Shown: piece after piece, positions 53,590-64,000 of the stretch | Numbering within the stretch: the first letter of the stretch is position 1 | Layout: every line of letters starts with the position of its first letter | Assembly: GCA_951406725.2 (NCBI GenBank) | Contig: OX597815.1 | Span: 97,092,001 to 97,156,000 of the forward strand | DNA from: Octopus vulgaris | Taxonomy: Eukaryota | DNA: 64,000 bases | Direction of reading: 5' to 3' | Notes under the pieces: model-generated | What the model was told of the DNA's origin: nothing | The model's database searches: none | The model's input: only the letters and a program-made list of their open reading frames with translations | Position numbers and translations under genes: made by a program

Positions 53590-54646
53590 AGTAGTTGCGT
53601 TGGTCAGATATAGGGCGTCCATCCTCATTTGGGCTAAGGAGAAAATATCAACACTTGATAGAAGGGCGAGAAAGTTGATGACGCTGCATGGGGTGCTACA
53701 CCCTAAAGCAAACATTGACAGACTGGTATATGAAAAAATGAATGGTGGCAGAGGACTAATTAGTATAGACCATTATATAATGAGAGCACTTGCCGGGTAT
53801 TTGATAAATAGTGATGCAGACCTGCTGCAATATGCCGCGAAAGATATTGCTGTAAATGCAGGTAAAATGATGGGAAAGGAAACGTTGAACAAAAGAGCTA
53901 AGGAGAAGAGAAAAGAAGACCTTCTTGAAATGAGAATGCATGGACAGTTTGAAAGTAATACAGAGGACGTTAAGAATAATACAGCATCGTGGGCATGGCT
54001 TATGCGTGGTGATTTGCAGCGTATCAGCGACAGCCTGATCATTGCTGCACAAGAACAGGTTTGTCCTACCAATATAATAAACTATAATAGCTATAAAACT
54101 TCTGATACCCAGAAATGCAAACTCTGTTGAAAGTGTGTGGAAAATGTGACCCACTTGGTAAGGGGATGTGAGAGACTTGCACAAACAGGATACAAGAGCC
54201 TTGCTCAAAGTTATGCAGGAGGAGGGAAAAGTAAGGATACTCGGGGACTATGATTTTCAGACGGATCGTTTTATAGAACACCGTCGGTCGGATATTGTTA
54301 TACTGAGTAAAATACACAAATACTGTCAGATCATTGATGCAGCCATACCAAATGACATGAATGTTGTGAGTAAAGTGGTTGAAAAAATCACCAAATACTC
54401 TGAAATGAAAGTGGAAATGGCAAGTCATACCAGTGGTGATCGGAGCATTGGGCTGAATTCCACTGAGATTTCAAGACTTCTTAAGGCAGCTGGAAATCCC
54501 AAGCAAGATTGATGTCTTGTAAAAAGCAGCCTTATCGAGCAGAGCGCACACCTTATGGAAAGTATTTCTGTCTGAGGTTCTTATCGTAACTTGACAGATG
54601 ACTAAAGCCTCTGGTGCATTTTACCTACACAGTGTTACGAAGGAAT
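53590..54646 (+). mobile_element. 5'-truncated R4/Dong-type element
   Basis: LDRRARKLMTLHGVLHPKANIDRL..GGRGLISI; MHGQF; LIIAAQEQ; CKLC; DFQTDRFIEHRRSDIV..IIDAAIP..EKITKYSEM; TAA tracts at both ends. Confidence 0.92.
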
Positions 54647-54665
54647 AACAACAACAACAAAAAAA

Positions 54666-54707
<42 letters not shown>

Positions 54708-54708
54708 C

Positions 54709-54751
<43 letters not shown>

Positions 54752-54754
54752 TAA

Positions 54755-55130
54755 GACTAAAACAATACCTGTTGTCATAGGTGCCCTGGGAATGATAGCA
54801 AAAGGGGCTGATAGCTACCTAACTCAGATACCAGGAAACCCAAAAATGGCAGAAGTTCAAAAGATAGTGCTCATGGGAACTGCTCATATCCTACGCAAAA
54901 TACTCTCTATGTAATCTCAAGGTTTAAAACAAACATAATTTTCGGTTTAAAGGAAGGAAAAAAAAAGAAAAAAACTTTTTTTTTTTAGACATTCATTAGT
55001 ACAACATCCCCACCCCCCAAATATATGGCACACTAGGCATAACAACAACATCCAACCCTGTTGTCTCTTGAGGTCTCTGGGTGAAACTTGGAGCCAACTT
55101 GTACAAATATAAAGCAAAAGTCAAACATAG
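54755..55130 (+). mobile_element. Young-looking 3' fragment of another R4/Dong-type family
   Basis: Uninterrupted TKTIPVVIGALGMIAKGADSYLTQIPGNPKMAEVQKIVLMGTAHILRKILSM* plus 3' UTR; (TAA)n on both sides. Confidence 0.88.
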
Positions 55131-55149
55131 AATAATAATAATAATAATG

Positions 55150-55223
<74 letters not shown>

Positions 55224-55338
55224 TATAATAATAATAATAATAATAATAATTTGGTCAATGCTGAATCAGAGGAAATATTAAAAATGGCCAATAGGATTAA
55301 AAGTAATTAAAATAAGGATATCAGTGATAATAATAATG

Positions 55339-56285
55339 ATGGAAGGAAGATGCTGGGATTTCCCCATGTCTTGATTTATGATACATCTAGTGATGATGTC
55401 ACATTAAAAACACCGGTAATTAAGCAACCTGATAATCGCAACATCATATGAGTAACAATGAAAAAACAAAATATTGTGAATAACAGTGGTAACGAAAATG
55501 AATCCCTTGATGGTGACAGTGTTGCACCCGGCAGGCTCGGAGATGCTGGTCCTACTCCAGCATGTTGTTATCCAGCAAGGAACCAGCACACAGGGTGTAG
55601 ATGGAACAAAAAAATCAATGCTTTGGTCATGGAGCGTTAGACGAAAATGATGTTCATAATAGGGTATACCGACAACGTATGTATCAATGGAGAGATAGCG
55701 GTTTGTTTCAAATCACGGAACAAATATTATGTGATCAAGCTAGAGCAATAAGAGAAAGAACATCAAATGAAACGATGAAAACACAGTTCCTACTGATAAA
55801 AGTAATCTCATAGCAGACAACAGAGATGAAATCTCTAATAAACCACGGAAAAGTGATAGCCTGCTTGCGGAGAGACATATAAATGGTTTGGAATACGACA
55901 ATAAAACTAATGGTGACATGACAGATGGGCAAAAGGCAATCTAAGACAGAATAAATGCAAGGTTACATGCGAACCATAGCAACATTATTTTCAACTGATA
56001 TCCTGCTTGCCAATTATGTGGAAATTATTGACTGGAATAGGTGCAGAGTCAATGAACGGATATCTGGAAATAAAGATGTTCGTCGGGGGAAATTGAACTA
56101 AGAAACGAAAAATTTGAATGCTTTTCTGAAATACAACAGAACAAATAATATCGCAGTAACAAATAATTTCATCATTGCAGCAAGTATTACTGTAGGAGAA
56201 AATGTGGGTGTTGATGTAAAAAAGAGGAAATATAATGGGAGTGACAAAACAAAATATCCATGGTGGAATGAAGAATACAGGTGGG
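55339..56285 (+). mobile_element. 5' UTR and N-terminal region of an R4/Dong-type element (3' part missing)
   Basis: RWNKKINALVMER; YRQRMYQWRDSGLFQITEQILCDQARAIRE; TNNFIIAAS..PWW: N-terminal motifs of R4/Dong ORFs; preceded by (TAA)n. Confidence 0.75.
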
Positions 56286-56699
56286 TTAGATATGCTCTCT
56301 AACCCGTTTTACTATGGGTATTATTTATGATTAGTAAATATTGTTTATAATTAGAAAAGTTTCCAACTTGATGCCACTCAAGATCTCTGTCTAGACTTGG
56401 AACAGCTTGTCAAAAACAAAGTAGCAATAACCTAAATAATAATTATAGTAATTATCTCCTGTGCAATAATTAAAAGGCCTGAAATTGTTAGTGATCAATA
56501 GTACTGACTTATCGACGCTGAAAGTACAGAAGCAAAGCCGACCACGGTGGAATTTGAATTTATTACGCACAACGCCAAATATTTGTTGTGATTAAAGTGA
56601 TGGAGGCACTAGTAGCACTATCTCAGCTCTAGATGGATGAAATGTAAAGCCAACTGCGATGAGATTTGAAATAACTTCTTAATGGAATGTGATTCGGTA

Positions 56700-57620
56700 A
56701 CCTCTGTGGTATATTTTAAGTTGGGTAAAGGAATAAATTATCTTTTGACAGGAGACGTGCTTAGAATGTAAGCTTCAATGGGCAGTGTTAAGATGCCCAA
56801 ACCCCAAATGACCAAATAAAATTGACAGATAATTTAAAGCTACCACCGAAGAGCAAGAACGATTAATGACGTTTCAGTTATGTTCTTGTAAATGAAATTT
56901 CTGACAAGGAAGCTTTGCCTGCCACTAGACTAGGAAAGACCAGTATTTTACGCAGTAGTAATAAACAAACAAACATGTAATTTCGAAGTGAATTCTTCAA
57001 ATACAAGGGCCATTACTGCACTCTATCGATTATGACATTTAGTGTTCTGATATTGGCGAATTGTAAAATAGTCAAATGACTATGAATATTGGTGACTTAT
57101 AATATAGTCAAATCTGTATGAATAAAAGGAGAATATATCTTTGCAATGATGGACGTCAACAATGTACTCACAGCATTTGAAAAGAATATTGCGTTCCAAT
57201 ACTATACATATCAATAGTATGTACATCAATAATATACAGTTTGGGTTCAAGTATCAATAATCAATTTTGTTACTTATTATGTTATTCTAGTTTTTAAATG
57301 ATGTCGCTACGTAGCTCTATGAAGTAAAATTATTTGTAACAAAAGTAGAACAAACCGAGGCTGTTTTCACTGGCGAAGGTGTCTGAGGTATAATTTTTAT
57401 GGAAGAAGCGGAGACTTATGCGTAAGGGTCGTAGTACAATGTAATCAACTGAGGGTTAGTTAGGAATGAGAAGTAGTTGTTATACCTTAGATATACAAAG
57501 GATTTGATAAACTAGTCTATAAATTAAAACTCAATCAATGACAGGCAGAGTCCGTAACAATGTAAAGCTTCTTGAAAACTTAGTAAATTCTATGGTGGAG
57601 TGAGACAGTATGTTCTTTAT
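56700..57620 (-). mobile_element. Very old PLE RT-thumb-like remnant
   Basis: Traces TIEFT, LYYDPY, VCST and FKTR in the expected order; heavily frameshifted. Confidence 0.35.
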
Positions 57621-57682
57621 CTATCTCCTAAACTTCTTGGAGATTTTTAGGTATTATTATACTGTGTACATCTGTTCTAATT

Positions 57683-57720
<38 letters not shown>

Positions 57721-59226
57721 ATTATGTGTGTCGTTGTGTGTGTGTGTGTATGTGTGTGTGTGGAGAGAGAGAGATAGATAGAGAGAATCACAGATATATT
57801 TTTAGAGCTCAATATACATTTGTCTATAATATTTATGACATATTTTAGCATGCAAGAATATCTTTCCACCTACAGGTGACATTTAAAGTAATTATCAGTC
57901 TTTATCAGAGTGTTTTACTGTGACTCAAAGCTGAACTGCTGAGTTAAAAGTACCTTCTCTCCTATGGGACTCCGCACAATCTCCATTCACACACAAATAA
58001 ACGTATAACTATGTCGAACGTACAGCAAATGTACTAGCCCGCGACACCTCTCACCGTGATGTAACTCGTAATTTTCTGACTTCGAAAAAAATCCATAAAC
58101 TACAGTTCATCACAGTCACACACGAACAAGAGCACACAAACGCTCATACACACACGACACACACACACACATATATAAATATTCATGCTTATAATTTATA
58201 AACGGTTCTGTAACTGTTGTATTTAATGCAAAACGAAGCTTATTTTCTATTTCCGAAACTTTCGTCAAAATGCTGTCACACAGAGATGTAAAAATGGTAT
58301 CTTATATAATATATTTGACGATTGAAAAAGACGTGTAATCCGGGCTTATTTACATCCTCTAATCTGATATTATTAGTTGACTCTGTACCCACATTGAATT
58401 TACCTGGGGGCACTACTGAGAAACCTATTATTGCCAGGGGTGTTAGTAAATTAAGATAGACAAGTTGCATATTTAATCCATTCTTAACTGCTAATTTGTG
58501 ATATTTTTGCTCTATCAATGTCTTCTGTCTAAAGGCTATGCTGTACATAATGTGTACCAATAGATATACAACTTTGTACATGATAACGATACACAGTTGT
58601 AAGCATCTTCTCTTTTTATACAGTAACTTTGAGCTTAAAATAGGAAATCTACTGTAGTAATTTTGTTCCTATGTTATAATTTCAAGCGTGATGCTATACT
58701 TAAAGTAACTACGGAGACTACATTTAATGATACTATTATTTATCGCGTATATACAATACCTGCAATAAAAGCTAAAATATATGAATCAAAATGGTTAAAG
58801 AAATATACTAATAAAATTCTTATAAAACTTTATGACAGTATGCAATGTGAAATGGAAGGATCAAACTGAATTTAGAATTTCTAGAGAATATATATTTTAC
58901 GATAAACTGTAAACCATTGCTAACCTTCATTTGACCATACTCATCTCCCAAATCGCTTTCTTGCTGGCCACCCAACAAAAAACGAAGCCATTTTGAAGAT
59001 ATTTTTTTTCATTCGAATATATCAAAGTAAGGTCCACCACTCCTTTATATTGTGGTTAACTCAATATCAAGATGGATCAGTAAAATTAACAAACTATTAT
59101 AAACTAAAATATTGCGAACATATGGAGATTCCATAACACATTCAGCTTCAGGAATGAAGAACAAAAACAAAACCCATAATGTTGCACAGGGAATAATAAA
59201 ATAGTTGCAGTGGTAAGAAGAAGGAT

Positions 59227-59261
<35 letters not shown>

Positions 59262-59262
59262 C

Positions 59263-59321
<59 letters not shown>

Positions 59322-60730
59322 CAACAATAAAAATTATAGTAACAACAACAGCAACAACAATTATAACAATAATAATAAGAATAATAACAACAACAACAAC
59401 AAATATTATTATTATTAATATTATTATTGTCCTTTCTTGAGAAAACTATAGGAATGTTCTAATCGGCTTAAGTAACGCTTAGAGCTCAAATCGATAAAGA
59501 TAGAAATATATACAACGTACCGAAAAAACATGTTTCGGTATTGTTTTTTGCAATGAATACGCAAGCGATATATAACGTCAATATATCAATGGATATATTG
59601 TTTTATCTATTTTATGATACAAGCATGCACACAAAAATATAAGCGATATGTATATAAATGTGTGTGTACACATAATATACATACCTATATACATAACAAT
59701 GTATGTATATATGGACGATAGACATTGTGTGCGCTCGGGGGGGGGGAGGTGTATGTGTGTCTGTGTGTGTTTACGCTCATGTTTGTTTGACTGTCTTACA
59801 AATGTTTTTACTAATTTTGTTTCCTTTGACAGAAATGTTCCCCAAATAAGAACTCATTTTACATATTTCTCTGTGCATATCTTCAAATAGAAAATAAACG
59901 ACTGACATAGGATTAATAATTACATATACAAACAGAAACGAATCTACATATAGCACTAAAAGGCGAGTAGGTTTGATTTCTATAAAATACCGTTTAATCG
60001 TATACCTACTTAATTGATGCACTCCTCCCTTCCAAATTTACACAGACCAAATATAGAAAGTTTTAAAAACATTATACTAACACTTTACCGTTTGGTTTCT
60101 TATACAAACGCGTGTCGCATTACTGATTTGAACGATGTGCCAATTTTGCTTTCAGATTAAAACTAATACAGCACATCCTAAACTAGGCAGAGCGAAAAAA
60201 AAAAGAAAAGAAAAGAAATGACCGTTTAGATTCAATACAAAAAATGGTCAAATAAACTTATATTGATATCGATAAATTTGTTGTGAATTTGGTTTAATTT
60301 TGGAGTATGCATCTTGGTTCGCAAAGAGAAAATATTTGGAAAGTGTAATTAATCGCTTCGATAGTAATTACAGCTAGATTGTTTTTCATATGGAACCATT
60401 CTGAAAATACATTTTCTATATTTTGTGTATACAGACATGTGATTGATCAATTGACTCGCTTTACCGCATCGCTGGCTGATATAAATTTCTGTTTAAGTGA
60501 TTTAGCCTTCGATATTTAATGTTAGATCTCTATCTATCTATCTCTATCTATGTATCTATCTATCTATCTATATATCTATACATACATATAAGTGTGTGTA
60601 TAGATATGTTTGTATATATAAGTATATAGACACACACATACATATGTTAAAGTATACACATACAAAGTGAAGAGGAAGGAAAAGAGTGTTTGGCAGAGAT
60701 AGAGAGCGAGAGAGAGAATGAGTGTGTGTG

Positions 60731-60783
<53 letters not shown>

Positions 60784-61499
60784 ACTGTCAGCATGGGTTA
60801 TGTATGTATATATTTCTGAGTGTATATCTGCACACACACACACACACACACACATATACAAACACACTCACTCAAACACACATATATATAATCACACAAA
60901 TGGGTACACATAGATACGCTCTTAATTCATTAGGTTTGTAAAATGGTATCAAAATATTTAATAAAAAATATAATTAATTATTATATAGAAGAATCAATTT
61001 CATTACACACAGAAATTCAAATAGTCTTATAATGTTATTTTTTAAATCAAATGCAACCACCATATACATTAATGTGTCTGCTTGTACATATGTGTATTAT
61101 GGAAATGTGTTTTTGTGTCTAGTTATGTTCATCTTAATGCTTATATAATTGGTATCTTACTTCTGGGATATCAATTCTAGTTAAGTATATCTTTGGTAAA
61201 TTGGTGGTATGTGACTATTTTGACGTGAATGTTCTACGATTTCCTGAGTTTATCCTCATGCATTCGTTTCAACAGTTTATTTTCAAGAGCATTGCTTCCT
61301 ACCCAGCATCATTTCCTCTGCAACGGTTAACTCAATATAATAAACTTCAGCGAGGAAACAGCAATATTAAAATTATTTACCTGTGTGTGGTATATATATA
61401 CATACATACACACACACACACACATATATATATACACACACACACACACACACGCACACACACACACATATATATATATATATACATATGCATACATAC

Positions 61500-63300
61500 A
61501 TGACTTACTGTTCTGTTCAAGTAAGGTATCCAGTGAGGAGGAAGAAAAATATTTGATGAACTTAATGGATAAGAGGTACTAATAAACACACCACGGCATC
61601 AGATCCTACCTATTGACATGTTTTTGTAGAAAGAGTCTACTAGTGACTTTTGTATTTAAACTATTTACTTGAAATGATCCATCTACCTCATCTATATAGA
61701 TATGCCTGTTGACATATACTCAAACGATGTATGTTTTGCTACCATAATCCTTTTCCGTTGTCGTTTTTAGGTGCCCTCTTTGAAGAAGAAAATGAATCGC
61801 AAGAATTGGCATTTCGTTCTGCGATTGAAAAAATTAATCTTCTGAGTGAAATAATACCTAATAGCCTCCTTATTGAAGATGTTCAACACGTCCGCACTCA
61901 TGATAGCTTCCATGCATCCCGCAGAGGTAAGTACAATTTACAGTTTTCGTTTTTGATTTACAGGAGAGATAATTTCCCTTCTGTTTTATCAGAATTCCAG
62001 CTCAAGTCTTCGGAGTAAGAGATGATATATAAAGGAACAGTTGTAGACTTGTCCGATATTTATATGATTCAATTCGAGCTGCATTTACATTGTTGGTCAA
62101 GTTACAAAAAATGTATACTTAAAATAATACTCAGTGATGAGGAGTCCTCAGTCGTAGAACTCATCAATTAATACCAAGCTGAAGCTATAAAAAGTATTTT
62201 GTGAATACAGCTCCTGATCTGCTAGAAGTATCAAATCCACCTCCATCAATGTAAAATTCTAACTCGTTAAGAAACTGAAGAACAAATCTGATAATATAAT
62301 AATAGATTCATACTTAGGAAAAGTTGATGATAACTGCTGGAAACTTTCTGGTCAAACTTGCCATCGGTTCGATCTAATCTGACAGGCAAGAAATATGACT
62401 GGAGTTTAACTTAATGACGTGGTTCCTATAAAAGAACTGTTAAGGTAGCAAACCACGAAACGTGGTTGGAATTCCTCCTGCTAATCGCAGAAAAGAATTG
62501 TTAACCGATGTGATTTGACTAAATGAACACAAGTAGGATTTTCAGTGTAATGAAGCTTGATCGGACAACATATTTAGTTTCATCAATTGTTGGTTATGGA
62601 GGAATAAACATTGCTTATGCATTTTGCAGGTTCTTGACAACGGTGAAATTAAGGCCTTTAATGTGACACATGATTACTATAAGATATGAAGTGGTATTGA
62701 ATTTTGCAGCAGTGTTCAAGGAAGAAAGAGATAGGCATAATGCTTAGTTTCGTAGCAGTTGCAGATTTGACTCAGCAAGGTTATATAAACATGTGATATA
62801 AAGACAACTGTGTGATTGTGGTGCACAGTCAATAATATCCGTCAAGTGGAGAAAAGAAAGAGAATAATGTGAGGGAGATGAGAGTGAGGAGACAGTATGT
62901 ATGGGGACCAGCATTTGGAGCCTATATGCGACTGAGTTATTTAAGCATTTGCATTGGCCTTTTCTGGATATGTTATGATATGTCTGTAACTGACCGCATT
63001 AGTAGTAATATGAGGGAGAAATATTCGATTTGTAATCTCATCTAAACTGTGTCAAAATTTGTTGAGGATGAATTATCTGTTGGTCCTGACTAGGGAAGCC
63101 AATCATTGAGATACTGTTGTAACTAAGTTAAGGATCTGATTTCGACAGGAGAGAGCCTCGTTGACCAATAATTCGAGCAATCTCGACGGATTTATTGGTG
63201 TACCACTTATGTTGCAGGGTATGGGTGAAAATGCTTGATACGAGTAACATTTGTAGATGGCAGAGGAAGGAAACAAGATTAGCAAAGAGAATAGCTTTCG
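61500..63300 (-). mobile_element. Very old CR1/L2/Jockey-type LINE ORF2 remnant
   Basis: Traces such as PEKANA, KSAT, LEHCC, LGII and LDTL in RT-domain order; purine-skewed plus strand; many stops. Confidence 0.4.
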
Positions 63301-63548
63301 AAGTATTGTTCATTATATCGCTGCTTGTTTCACGTTTACTCTCTATGTTGCTGTTCGTGATACATTGTTCAGGAAGGTTAAATGCCAATGAAGAGTATAT
63401 CACCTAAGACCGGTTCTTTGTTTTCGAGAGGGCTTGAAGTTCATTTACCTACAGAAAAATGAGAAGCGGATGTAAAGGCGAATCCTGGGACATGGCAGAA
63501 ATGATAGTGTGACGTACGCAAAGTACTCCCTCAACCCACATCGATATA

Positions 63549-63760
63549 TGAAGGGGTGCTGAAAAGTTTCTGGCTTTGGTTAAAAGAAAATACAGGAGAA
63601 TCAGTTGACTATGATTTTATTCACCATATTCCGCTCTCAGTTTCACTCAGTGGAACGGTCCTTCGGTTTTTCGATTCCTTGTAAAAGAACTCGAAAGTTT
63701 CAGCCTCCAACTAGACCTATCGCGAAATCCTTAAAACCAGGATCTTTTCAGTACCCCTCT
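63549..63760. mobile_element. Mariner-type MITE
   Basis: TA-flanked TIRs TGAAGGGGTGCTGAAAAGTTTCTGGCTTT / AAAACCAGGATCTTTTCAGTACCCCTCT. Confidence 0.85.
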
Positions 63761-64000
63761 TAGTGTAATCTAGTGATAAATATATAATCCAAGTGATGAG
63801 CAACAATTGTGATAAATAGGTACACCGTTACGATAGAATTCTCGCACTCGAAAGCTGATGTCAAGCGCAACAATATTCATTGAAATAAATTTCTTTAAAA
63901 CTAGCTCTAACTTGTGTGTCATAGAAGAAAATTGCTGAAAAAATGAATCTACATTACAAAAGCCATATATTTGTTATGAGAAAGAAATTGGTAAAACTGA

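Overview
AT-rich, microsatellite-dense eukaryotic DNA. The SINE families and repeat landscape suggest an octopus (coleoid cephalopod) genome; this is inferred from recalled sequence similarity, not a search. I found no intact host protein-coding gene, and almost all ORFs in the track are translations of microsatellites. The window is mostly decayed mobile elements: (1) about ten fragments of R4/Dong-type RLE non-LTR retrotransposons stacked in (TAA)n tracts, plus one that sits in (TACA)n instead; (2) Penelope-like element (PLE) remnants (GIY-YIG, RT thumb, terminal repeats) carrying a series of hammerhead-ribozyme-like motifs; (3) tRNA-derived SINEs, including a dimeric form found twice with target-site duplications; (4) RTE 3' ends and a bipartite RTE derivative; (5) an internally deleted Hsmar1-like mariner, MITEs and several foldback hairpins. 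The most unusual signals are a 17 x 29-bp array at one end of a non-coding (TAA)n-embedded element, with variation concentrated at unit junctions; an intact-core hammerhead with a long stem II; and a speculative 21-nt microexon with a TACTAAC branch point.
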